Positions 49,352 through 58,078 of a DNA stretch of 64,000 nucleotides are shown here, one piece after another; position 1 is the first letter of the stretch; every line of letters starts with the position of its first letter. Origin of the DNA: Candidatus Versatilivorator sp. (GTDB taxonomy: Bacteria; Acidobacteriota; Terriglobia; Versatilivoradales; Versatilivoraceae); assembly GCA_965207735.1 (NCBI GenBank), contig OZ242296.1, forward strand, positions 3,104,001-3,168,000. Direction: 5' to 3'. Below the pieces are notes generated by a model. It searched no databases, had not been told where the DNA came from, and saw only the letters and a list, made by a program, of their open reading frames with translations. Made by a program: the position numbers and the translations under genes.

Positions 49352-50419
49352 TCACAATCGGCTGCCGGAACCGAGGGGCTGCGCCACGGCTTCCCCCTCC
49401 GTCCCCTGCCGAACCGACTCCGGCTTATCCACGCTCCAGATGGAATCGGCGAAGAAACGGCAGGAATCGAACAGGTGTTCCCGGATCTTGAATCCGGACT
49501 GCGAGGCCAGCCACTCGACATCCGAAAGCGAGTACTTGCAGGAGTGCTCAGTGTGAATTGCCTCCCAGGCTTCAAAGTCAAAGGAGCGGCCGATCTGCTC
49601 GATGAAGACCGACTGCCGCTCCTGGCTGACCAGGTAGCTTTCCATGGAGCCGGAGGAGACATCGTAGGTGCCGAAATGGCGGAACTTCTCCATATCGAAG
49701 CAGCCCCCCAGTTCGCGGTTGATGCGCTCCAGCAGGTTCAGGTTGAACCGGCTGGTCAACCCCAGTGAATCGTTGTAGGCCCGAAGAAGGACGTCGATGT
49801 CCTTCTTGAGGTCGAAGCCTATCAGCATCAGATCGTCGTGATTCAGGCACTTCCAGGCACTGCGCAGAAAGGAACAGGACTCCTCCCGGGTGAAATTGCC
49901 GATGGAGGATCCCAGAAACAGCACCAGGTTTCGCCGCCGGAAGCGATGGTTCAACCACTTCAGGCCGTGGAAGTAATCTCCTACCAAGCCCTGGGTCTTC
50001 AGGTCGGGAAACCGGGCATCGAGCTCGCCGACCAGCGAACCCATGGACGATGCCGAGATGTCGATGGGCACGTACTGATAGTCCAGCCCGGACTTCAGGA
50101 ACCGTTCCAGGAAGAGAGTGGTCTTCCGGCTGAAGCCGGGGCCGAGCTCCACCAGGTTGAAGGGTTTCCCGGCCACAAAGGCGGCAATTGTGTCCCACTG
50201 GCCCTCGAGAATCTCCAGCTCGCATCCGGTCAGGTAGTATTCCGGCAGCCGGGTGATCCGGCGAAACAGCTCGCTGCCCTGCTCGTCATAGAAATACTTG
50301 GAAGGAATCGACTTGTGGGCCGCGGACAAGCCCGCCAGGACGTCCAGGGCAAAGGCGTCCCTCTCATCGAAAGAGTCGGCGCAGTCTCTCGAGCCCAGGA
50401 TTTTGACGTTAGCCCGCAT
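49352..50419 (-). CDS. egtD: L-histidine N(alpha)-methyltransferase
   Basis: IPSKYFYDEQGSELF, LPEYYLT, ELGPG, FLGSSIGNF, AYND, FNLNLL, IHTEHSCKY. Confidence 0.92.
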   Translation of the reverse strand: MRANVKILGSRDCADSFDERDAFALDVLAGLSAAHKSIPSKYFYDEQGSELFRRITRLPEYYLTGCELEILEGQWDTIAAFVAGKPFNLVELGPGFSRKTTLFLERFLKSGLDYQYVPIDISASSMGSLVGELDARFPDLKTQGLVGDYFHGLKWLNHRFRRRNLVLFLGSSIGNFTREESCSFLRSAWKCLNHDDLMLIGFDLKKDIDVLLRAYNDSLGLTSRFNLNLLERINRELGGCFDMEKFRHFGTYDVSSGSMESYLVSQERQSVFIEQIGRSFDFEAWEAIHTEHSCKYSLSDVEWLASQSGFKIREHLFDSCRFFADSIWSVDKPESVRQGTEGEAVAQPLGSGSRL

Positions 50420-50434
50420 TTCTCACCAGGTCGC
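50413..50434 (+). repeat. isolated MITE M terminal repeat (empty intron target) overlapping the egtD start
   Basis: ttag|cccgcatttctcaccaggtcgc is identical to the reconstructed right end of the 37131-38242 element. Confidence 0.8.
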
Positions 50435-50451
50435 CGGCACGGCCGTCTCCC

Positions 50452-51732
50452 TCAATCCAGATCCTTCGCCAATCGAATGCCCGTGAACTGCCAGCGTTTG
50501 TCGCACTGGAAGAAGTTGCGATAGCTCGGGCGAATGTGGCTCTTAGGGGTAGCGCAGGAGCCCCCTCTGAGAACCATCTGGTTGCTCATGAACTTTCCGT
50601 TGTACTCCCCAAGCGGACCCCGATCCTGCCGGTATCCGGGATAGGGCAGGTAGGCGCTTCCCGTCCATTCCCAGACGTCCCCGAACAGTTGGCGCACTCC
50701 GGGATGCTCCTCACCGGCCTCGCACCCCCGGCCAACCGGATGGAAGCGTCCGTCTTCCAGAAAGTTCCCCCGCAGCGAACTCCCATGCTGCCGGGCAGCC
50801 CTTTCCCATTCCGCCTCGGTCGGCAAGCGCTTATCCGCCCAACGGGCATAGGCGGCCGCCTCATAGAAGCTGACGTGGGCTACCGGCTCTTCCAGGTTCA
50901 GGGGACGGGACCCGCGGAGGGTGACAATTTCCCAATCGCCGTCGCTCCGGTCCCAGTAGAGGGGCGCCTCCCAGCCGTTCTCAGCGACGGCGTCCCAGCC
51001 ATCGGAAAGCCACAGCAAGGGGTCCCCATACCCGCCGTCGTTGATGAAATCCAGGTACTCCCCGCAGGTCACCGGCCGGTCCATCAGGCCGAAGTCGGAG
51101 AGCCAGGTCTTGTGCCGGGGCCGCTCGTTGTCCCAGGCGAATCCCCGGTCAGGAGCCCCCATCTCGAACATCCCGCCTTCGAACTGGTGAAATTTCGCAG
51201 GAGAAGGTCGGACAGGCTTGCGGGTTCCGTCTTCATCGCAAACCCGATAGCTGGGTTTCAAGGGATTGCTCGCCAGGATGTGCTTGACATCGGTGACCAG
51301 CAACTCCTGATGCTGCTGTTCGTGGTGCAAACCCAGCTCCACCAGGTCCCCGAACTCGGAAAAACGCTCCCGGTCCAGCCCCTCGATCAGGTCCATCAGC
51401 TTCTCGTCGACGCCGGCGCGGTAGTCATACACCTCCTCTACCGTGGGGCGGGACAGGGTTCCTCGAATGTCGCGGGCCACTCGCTCTCCGAAGCTCTGGT
51501 AATAGGAGTTGAAGACAAAATAATACCGAGGATGATGAGCCCGAAAACCATCGGCAAATCGTTCCAGGATCATGCGCTCGAAGAACCAGGTGGTGTGACC
51601 CAGGTGCCACTTGGGAGGACTGACGTCCGGCATGGACTGTATTACGTAGTCCTCGGTGCAGAGGGGCCGGCAGAGATCCCGGGTGGTCTGCCTGACCGTC
51701 TGAAACGCGCTCGACAGCTCGGATCTATTCAT
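50452..51732 (-). CDS. egtB: ergothioneine biosynthesis sulfoxide synthase
   Basis: QSMPDVSPPKWHLGHTTWFFE, HHEQQHQELL, RLPTEAEWE, EYNGKFM, RGGSC (DinB + FGE-sulfatase). Start set at ATG 51732. Confidence 0.92.
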   Translation of the reverse strand: MNRSELSSAFQTVRQTTRDLCRPLCTEDYVIQSMPDVSPPKWHLGHTTWFFERMILERFADGFRAHHPRYYFVFNSYYQSFGERVARDIRGTLSRPTVEEVYDYRAGVDEKLMDLIEGLDRERFSEFGDLVELGLHHEQQHQELLVTDVKHILASNPLKPSYRVCDEDGTRKPVRPSPAKFHQFEGGMFEMGAPDRGFAWDNERPRHKTWLSDFGLMDRPVTCGEYLDFINDGGYGDPLLWLSDGWDAVAENGWEAPLYWDRSDGDWEIVTLRGSRPLNLEEPVAHVSFYEAAAYARWADKRLPTEAEWERAARQHGSSLRGNFLEDGRFHPVGRGCEAGEEHPGVRQLFGDVWEWTGSAYLPYPGYRQDRGPLGEYNGKFMSNQMVLRGGSCATPKSHIRPSYRNFFQCDKRWQFTGIRLAKDLD

Positions 51733-51951
51733 GGGAGGGGATAGCGTCTGACGGTTATCGATGGGCTGCCGGCCGGCCTGTAGCAGGCGATACCGCGAGC
51801 GCGGCGAGCCCTTTGCGGCAGGCTCAAGGGCGCACCCGGCGGGGTCCTGAGCGGCTGAGCCTGCAACTGCTCCTTGACCGCAAATTTCCTGCAACCGCAA
51901 ATGGGCAGATCAGCCTACCATACAACCTTGTCCCGGTCGAGCAGCCCGGCT

Positions 51952-52422
51952 TCAGGGATTCAATCGCCAGATGCCGTAGTTCAGATAGGCGGCGTACCCT
52001 ACCCAGGCGAGGTAGGGCAGCAGGAGTAGAGCCGCCACCAGGCTGTGGGATTTGAAAGCCAGAAACGTGACCAGAATTGCCACCCAGAACAGCAGGATCT
52101 CAACCAGGGCGGCGCCGGGTTGGCGCAAGCCGAAAAACAGAAAGGACCAGGCGATGTTCAGCAGCAACTGCAGCCCGAACAGCACAAAGGCCAGCCTGGC
52201 TCCCTCGAACCCCGACCGGGTCCAGACCTGCCAGGCCGCCACCGCCATCAGCAGAAAGAGGGCGGTCCAAACGGGACCGAAAACGCTGTCCGGCGGAGTC
52301 CCGGGTGGCTTGATGAGCCCGGGATACCATTCGCGAACCGATTGCGCCGTCGCCAGCGACCCCAGATAGCCGGCTCCCAAACACAGCACAAGCAGCGAAA
52401 CCAGAACACCCAGAGACCGCAT
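51952..52422 (-). CDS. tspO: TspO/MBR family protein
   Basis: WYPGLIKP, PP..VFGPVW, LN.AWS.LFF, PYLAWVGYA..LN. Confidence 0.92.
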   Translation of the reverse strand: MRSLGVLVSLLVLCLGAGYLGSLATAQSVREWYPGLIKPPGTPPDSVFGPVWTALFLLMAVAAWQVWTRSGFEGARLAFVLFGLQLLLNIAWSFLFFGLRQPGAALVEILLFWVAILVTFLAFKSHSLVAALLLLPYLAWVGYAAYLNYGIWRLNP

Positions 52423-52425
52423 CGG

Positions 52426-53904
52426 TTAACCCTCCCTGCGGCGTGGCGCCGCTGTCGCCCGGCCGGTTGCGAGCTGGGCGATCCGCCTGAGCATGCGCTC
52501 GAAGATCAGCCGGTGGAGCGGATAGAGACCGTACCAGTAGGCCAGCCCCGCCAGACCGAGGGGTTCGAACTCCGCCGTCTGCCGGATGACGCAGCCGGAG
52601 CCGGAGCGCTCGACCTCGAACTGCAGCCAGGCTCGACCCGGAAGCCGCATTTCCGCGTACAAGCGCAGCAGCCGATCGGGCTCGTAGACCTCGACTCGCC
52701 AGAAGTCGATGGTCTCCCCCACTACCGGACGCTCCGGATCCTTGCGGCCGCGCCGTAGGCCCGGCCCTCCGGCCATCAGATCCAGCCATCCCCGCAGCCT
52801 CCAGAGCCAGTTGCAGGCGTACCACCCAGCCTCCCCACCGATCTTGCGGATCGGCGCAAAGGCGGCGCCGGCGCCGACTTCCACCTTTTGAGCCCGGGAG
52901 TCGACCAGACGCGCACCGTAGCGAACGCCGGCCATTCCCCTGACCGGCCCCGACGAGGAGAGGGCATCGGACCACCGGGTCTGGGCGAATTGACGATCTT
53001 CATTCACCAGGGCGCGAGCGATCGATTCCCGTAGAGTGCGCGGCCGAATGTCGAACCCGTCGAGCGCCTCCGGCTTCTTGACGACGGTCTCGTTTCTGAG
53101 GCTGTTGACCAGCTTGCGGCCCACACGGGCATAGACCGGGGTGACCAGGCCCAGCCACAGCCCTGACAGCCGCGGGGACAGAAGGGGAACCGGGATCATC
53201 ATACGGTGAAGTCTGCGCTGCCTGGCGTATTCCCTCATGATGTCGCTGTAGGAAGCCCGGTCCCGCCCGCCGATCTCGAAGACGCGGCTCTCGGCACTAG
53301 GAAGCTCCAAAGCAGCCACCAGGTATGCGATCACATCCTCGACGGCGATTGGCTGAGACAGAGTTCGCACCCATCGCGGGGTGATCATCACCGGCAGCCG
53401 GTCCACCAGGGCGCGAATCATCTCAAACGACAGGCTGCCCGATCCGATGATGATGGAGGCGCGAAACTCCAGCGTGGGGACGCCGGAGTGCCTGAGGATT
53501 CGGCCCACCTCCTGACGGCTGGCCAGGTGGCTGGAAAGATCCTCCTGGCCGCCCAGTCCTCCCAGGTAAATAATCCGCCCCACCCTTGCGCTACGGGCCG
53601 CCTCCGCAAAGGCTCTGGCGGCGAGACGGTCCGCTTCGGCAAAGCTGTCCTCCAACGCCATGGAATGGACCAGGTAGTAGGCCGTCGAGACGCCTCGCAT
53701 GGCGGCCGGAAGCGTCCCCGGCCGCGTCAGGTCCCCCCTGACCACCTCGGTACCGTGGCCGACTCGGCCCCGAAGAAACTCGGGATGCCGCGCCAGGCAG
53801 CGAACCGATCGGGATTGCTCCTCAAGTCTCGCCAGCAGCCTGCCACCGATGTACCCGCTAGCACCCGTAACCAGTATCCGTCCTCCGGATTCGACCGAAC
53901 GCAT
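52426..53904 (-). CDS. atypical SDR oxidoreductase with C-terminal DUF2867 (YbjT-like)
   Basis: TGASGYIG, YYLVHSM, HLASR, GETIDFWRVE, AEMRLPGRAWL. Start 53904 or 53961. Confidence 0.87.
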   Translation of the reverse strand: MRSVESGGRILVTGASGYIGGRLLARLEEQSRSVRCLARHPEFLRGRVGHGTEVVRGDLTRPGTLPAAMRGVSTAYYLVHSMALEDSFAEADRLAARAFAEAARSARVGRIIYLGGLGGQEDLSSHLASRQEVGRILRHSGVPTLEFRASIIIGSGSLSFEMIRALVDRLPVMITPRWVRTLSQPIAVEDVIAYLVAALELPSAESRVFEIGGRDRASYSDIMREYARQRRLHRMMIPVPLLSPRLSGLWLGLVTPVYARVGRKLVNSLRNETVVKKPEALDGFDIRPRTLRESIARALVNEDRQFAQTRWSDALSSSGPVRGMAGVRYGARLVDSRAQKVEVGAGAAFAPIRKIGGEAGWYACNWLWRLRGWLDLMAGGPGLRRGRKDPERPVVGETIDFWRVEVYEPDRLLRLYAEMRLPGRAWLQFEVERSGSGCVIRQTAEFEPLGLAGLAYWYGLYPLHRLIFERMLRRIAQLATGRATAAPRRREG

Positions 53905-53948
53905 TCTCGGTTCTGCGGCTTCGACCAACGGCAATTTCAGTTGCTGCC

Positions 53949-54482
53949 TTATTGCTTGCAAGGGGCTCCTTTCGAATCCGGAAAGCGCTCAAGCAGCCGT
54001 TCCCGGCGATAGCGGAAGATCCGGGACAGATCCGGCGCCACCAACCATCGGTCGACCAGCCGGCCGCCCCAGACCGCGTACCGCACATGATCCTCGACCA
54101 GCGTGCCACCTTCCACCAGGCGGAAGCGGTGCTGGTGGATCCAACGGCGATAGGGGCCGCGGACCTGCTCGTCCACAAATATATTGGGGGGATTCCAGGC
54201 CGTGATGCGGCTCCGCCACCGCAGTGGAATCCCCCGGAGTCGGAGCCGGTAGTCGATTTCCGTGCCTTGTTCAATGGCGATGGGTGCAGGATCGAGGACT
54301 CGAAAGTGCAGCCAGGGCGGGGTGAGCAGATCCAGGTTGCGCGCATCGGCGAAGAAGGGAAAAATCTCCTCCGGAGTCCGCGGGATCAGGACTGCACTGT
54401 GCAATTGGAAGGTTCTCACGCCGGTGTCTCCCGGGAGCGGAAATACAGTCCGATTCGAAGTTGCACTAAACGACTCCGACAT
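53949..54482 (-). CDS. SRPBCC family protein
   Basis: FFADARNLDLLTPP, FVDEQVRGPYRRWIHQHRF, IFRYR. Confidence 0.85.
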   Translation of the reverse strand: MSESFSATSNRTVFPLPGDTGVRTFQLHSAVLIPRTPEEIFPFFADARNLDLLTPPWLHFRVLDPAPIAIEQGTEIDYRLRLRGIPLRWRSRITAWNPPNIFVDEQVRGPYRRWIHQHRFRLVEGGTLVEDHVRYAVWGGRLVDRWLVAPDLSRIFRYRRERLLERFPDSKGAPCKQ

Positions 54483-54514
54483 CGGGCCTCGGTGTCGAGC
54501 ACGGGAACATTTTT

Positions 54515-54546
54515 GATTAACATCGATGCACAGGATTGACAGGATT
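54515..54546 (+). repeat. repeat family B copy
   Basis: gattaacatcgatgcacaggattgacaggatt. Confidence 0.85.
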
Positions 54547-54680
54547 ATTGGTTGATGGAACCAGAGCGGCAACCCAAGGGAGAGGATGCGGGTGGGCCGC
54601 TTTCGTCACGATTGCCCTTCAAGGGAGAGTCGGCGCAAACGAACTGGATGGATGGTCGCCTTGAATCCCCATATGACAAT

Positions 54681-54724
54681 CCTTTGGTGGCCCTTCGTGG
54701 AAAACTCTTTTCTTTTGTTTCAGG
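54681..54724 (-). repeat. shortened repeat family A copy, reverse orientation
   Basis: Minus strand reads cctgaaacaaaagaaaagagttttccacgaagggccaccaaagg. Confidence 0.7.
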
Positions 54725-54850
54725 TCAGTCAGGTCACCAGGCGCGTGCCTGTTCCCGAACCCCTCGGCTAACAACTCTCCACTCTCCACTCAATCGAAGC
54801 ACCCCTGTTTCACCCTGCTTGATCCATCACCTCGTGCACGGCGGCGCCGG

Positions 54851-56395
54851 CTACTCAGGAAGCGCTCCCCCGCCACCCTTGGCCGGGGACGATAGCCCAA
54901 CGGCCTGCAAGAGAAAGCGGGCGGCCTGGGCGGGAGACTCCCCATCCACATCCACCCGCTTGTTGGCCGCTCTCATGGTCCCGTCATCGATAATCCCGTC
55001 AAAAACCTCCAGCGCGCTGACCAGCTCAGTCCGCCGGGCTGCCGCCGGAGAAAGCACCAGCACGGCGTCATAGGGCGGCAGCGCTTGCAGCGGATCGGTC
55101 AGAACCGCCAGGTCGTACTCGATGATGCGGCCGTCGGTGGTATAGGCGGAGATGACATCCACCACTCCCTCGCGAGCGGCGGCGTACATGAGACTGGGAT
55201 CGAAGGTCCGCTTCTCTCTGAATTCGAGACGGTAAGCCTCTCGCAGCGCTGTCCATTCCGGCCGGACGAAGAACTCGAAGTCGGACCCGATGGTCATCTG
55301 AGGGGCGTGCCTGGTCAGGTCCTGTATCGAGGCAAGCTTCAAAGCCTCCGCCTTGTGTCTGGCGACTGCCAGACCATAATTGTTCTCGAACCCCAGCGCC
55401 CCCAGGACCAGAACCTGGTGTTCCCGCTGGAGCCAGGCCTTCATCTCTTCCAGCAGATCCGCCCGTGGAGGCAGATCCTGGCGCTTCATGACATTGGCCC
55501 AGATCGTTCCCGAGTAGTCCACGTAGCAATCGACGTGCCCTGCGGTCAGGGCGTCGAACAGGATCATGGAGCCCATGCTGGATCGGTTCTCGACCTGCAG
55601 CCCGGCTTGAGTCAGCCTCTGGGTCAGGGCTTCCGCCAGAACGTACTGCTCGGTAAACGGTTTGGCCCCGACCACCACCACGCCCGACCCCTTTGCAGTG
55701 GGAATCTGAAGGATCAGCGTCGAGAGCAGGATGAACAGCAGGCCGGCTCCCGCCAGCCAACCCTTGGTCCGGCTGCGTCCGGCCACGGCCAGTTCCCCCA
55801 GGCGAATGAGCTGGTCCAGCGCGATCGCCAGCACCGCCGCGGCCGCGCAGCCAACCAGGACCGCGGTTGAGTTCTGGGTTTGCAGGCCGCTGAAGATATA
55901 GTTGCCCAGGCTGGTGGCGCCGACCGGAGTGGAAAGGGTGGCCGACCCCACCACCCAGACCGTGGCCGTGCGGATGCCGGCGATGATCACCGGTGCCGCC
56001 AGCGGCAGCTCCACCCGGAAGAGTCTCTGGCCGGAGGTCATGCCCAGGCCCTCGGCGGCTTCCAGAATGTCGGGGGCCACCCCCAGGATGCCGGTGACGG
56101 TGTTGCGCAGGATCGGGAGCATGCTGTAGAGCAGCAAGGCGATGAAGGCCGGCAGGAAGCCGATCTGACCCAGCAGGGGAACCATGAGGGCCAGCAGTGC
56201 CAGCCCGGGGATGGTCTGGGCCACGCTGGCAACCGTGAGCACCGGCCATTGCAGCGGTTTCACCCGGGTCACCAGAATGGCCAGGGGCAGGCACACGGCG
56301 ATCCCGCTGAACAAGGCCACCAGGGTCAGGGTCAGATGGTGCCCCAGGTATTCGGGAAGTAGCCGCAACTGTTCCGCCAAAGCGGTCTCGGTCAT
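54851..56395 (-). CDS. Opu/ProU-type ABC transporter, fused permease and substrate-binding protein
   Basis: QTIPGLALLA, EAA loop (EAAEGLGM), GAKPFTEQY, DYSGT, GFENNY, AYTTDG, PPYDA. Confidence 0.9.
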   Translation of the reverse strand: MTETALAEQLRLLPEYLGHHLTLTLVALFSGIAVCLPLAILVTRVKPLQWPVLTVASVAQTIPGLALLALMVPLLGQIGFLPAFIALLLYSMLPILRNTVTGILGVAPDILEAAEGLGMTSGQRLFRVELPLAAPVIIAGIRTATVWVVGSATLSTPVGATSLGNYIFSGLQTQNSTAVLVGCAAAAVLAIALDQLIRLGELAVAGRSRTKGWLAGAGLLFILLSTLILQIPTAKGSGVVVVGAKPFTEQYVLAEALTQRLTQAGLQVENRSSMGSMILFDALTAGHVDCYVDYSGTIWANVMKRQDLPPRADLLEEMKAWLQREHQVLVLGALGFENNYGLAVARHKAEALKLASIQDLTRHAPQMTIGSDFEFFVRPEWTALREAYRLEFREKRTFDPSLMYAAAREGVVDVISAYTTDGRIIEYDLAVLTDPLQALPPYDAVLVLSPAAARRTELVSALEVFDGIIDDGTMRAANKRVDVDGESPAQAARFLLQAVGLSSPAKGGGGALPE

Positions 56396-57171
56396 TTCCC
56401 CTCCCCCCCGGCGCGCAGGATGGATTCCACCTGGTCGGCCTGGCGCCTGGGGGTCTCCATCAGGGCGGCGATATAGGGGTGGCTCGGGCTGCGCAGGACC
56501 TGACCGGGGGAACCCGTTCCCACCAGAACGCCCTGCTTCATCACGGCGATGCGATCGGCCAGCAGCAGGGCCTCGGTCATGTCGTGGGTGACCATGACCA
56601 CCGTCAGGTTCAGGGTCTGCTGCAGGCGTTTGAACTCCCGTTGCAGACCGTCGCGGGTCATGGGGTCCAGGGCGCCGAAGGGCTCGTCCATCAGCATGAT
56701 CCTGGGTCGAGCCGCCAGTGCCCGCGCCAGTCCCACCCTCTGGCGCTGTCCCCCCGAAAGCTCGTGGGGCTTGCGGTCGCGATGGGTCCGGGGAGAGAGC
56801 CCGGTCAGGCGCAACAGTTCATCCACCCGGTCCCGGCAGGCGGACGGTTCCCAGTTGAGCAGCCTCGGCACCACCGCCACGTTCTCGGCCACGGTCATGT
56901 GGGGAAACAGGCCGACGCCTTGAAAGACGTATCCGATCCCCCGGCGCAGCACGACCGGATTGACCCGGCAGACGTCCCGCTCCTCCACCAGAATCCGGCC
57001 CCGGCTGGGCTCCACCAGGCGGTTGATCATCTTGAGCAGGGTGGTTTTGCCGCAGCCCGATTCGCCCAGCAGCACCAGAAATTCACCGGCTCCAACCTCC
57101 AGGTCGACCTCCTGAACGGCGAAGCTTCGCCCCTGGTCGAACGTCTTGGACACCTGTTGAATGCAAATCAT
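56392..57171 (-). CDS. Opu/ProV-type ABC ATP-binding protein (no CBS domains)
   Basis: GESGCGKTT, MINRL, LSGGQRQR, MDEPFGALD, VTHD. Confidence 0.92.
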   Translation of the reverse strand: MICIQQVSKTFDQGRSFAVQEVDLEVGAGEFLVLLGESGCGKTTLLKMINRLVEPSRGRILVEERDVCRVNPVVLRRGIGYVFQGVGLFPHMTVAENVAVVPRLLNWEPSACRDRVDELLRLTGLSPRTHRDRKPHELSGGQRQRVGLARALAARPRIMLMDEPFGALDPMTRDGLQREFKRLQQTLNLTVVMVTHDMTEALLLADRIAVMKQGVLVGTGSPGQVLRSPSHPYIAALMETPRRQADQVESILRAGGEGK

Positions 57172-58025
57172 GATGGAGCGGTCTCGGGGTCGGGGCCGGC
57201 TTCCCCGGCCGAGCGGATGACGGCCTCGGTCTTTTCCCTCCCGGTTGCGGCCACTTCCTCCGGATCCCGCGTCCAGTATCGAGGATTGAAGAGCTCCAGG
57301 GAGAGAAAGCCCTCATAGCCGGTGGCATCCAGATCCCTCAGGAATGCCTTGAGCGGGAGAATGCCGTCTCCGGGATAAACCCGGTCGGCGTCGGTCTGTT
57401 CGAACTGGGGAGGGGAGGCAGGAGCGTCGTTGAAGTGGCACACGGCGATTGCGGCGGCTGACAGGTCCGCCAATCCGCCGAAGCCGGAACCGCCCCGGTA
57501 GAGGTGAAAGGGATCCAGCACCAGGCAGCCGTGGGGGTGGTCGGCCTGCCGCACCACGGCCAGGGCCTGTTCCAGTTGAAAGACGTTATGCTGGAAACCC
57601 AGGAACTCCATGGCCGGACGAACGCCGAAGGCTTGGCCCTCCTCCAGCAGCTCGCGGTAACGCGCCGCCGCCAGGGGGATATCCAGGTGAAGGGCGTCGG
57701 GAACCGGCGAGGCCACCATGTGGGCGGCGCCCACGGCTGCCGCCTGTCCCAGCCGCCTGCGAGCCTCCCGGTAGGCGGCTTCCTTGTGAAACCCGCGGCT
57801 CTGCATCCAGTCCGAAAGGGTAATGACGCTGGCCACCGCCAGGCCCGAGTCCTTCAGGATACGGTGCAACTCGGCCAGGGACCGTCCCGACTGCTCGAAC
57901 CGGGTCAACTCCTCGGTCCAGAGCTCGATGGCCGAGTAGCCGGTTCGGGCCGCGATGTCGATTTTCTCCAGCAGGCCCGCCGGCCGAATGGTGCTGGTGT
58001 TCAAGCAGAGAGGCCACTGATGCAT
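57168..58025 (-). CDS. sugar phosphate isomerase/epimerase (xylose isomerase-like TIM barrel)
   Basis: GYSAIELW, MEFLGF, LDPFH, HFND, RVYPGDG, SLELFN. Start set at ATG 58025. Confidence 0.87.
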   Translation of the reverse strand: MHQWPLCLNTSTIRPAGLLEKIDIAARTGYSAIELWTEELTRFEQSGRSLAELHRILKDSGLAVASVITLSDWMQSRGFHKEAAYREARRRLGQAAAVGAAHMVASPVPDALHLDIPLAAARYRELLEEGQAFGVRPAMEFLGFQHNVFQLEQALAVVRQADHPHGCLVLDPFHLYRGGSGFGGLADLSAAAIAVCHFNDAPASPPQFEQTDADRVYPGDGILPLKAFLRDLDATGYEGFLSLELFNPRYWTRDPEEVAATGREKTEAVIRSAGEAGPDPETAPS

Positions 58026-58078
58026 AACGTTTCCATGGGGGAGGTCGGCTGCCGTGTTCCGGACAGCTTCCGGCCAGG

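Noticed and set aside
50452-51732. Selenoneine synthase SenA instead of EgtB
   Set aside because: No senB or selD/senC nearby, and the gene is directly coupled to egtD.
51805-51865. Degenerate REP-like hairpin (gccctttgcggcaggctcaagggc) upstream of egtB
   Set aside because: Single degenerate copy in the window; it cannot be distinguished from an ordinary hairpin.
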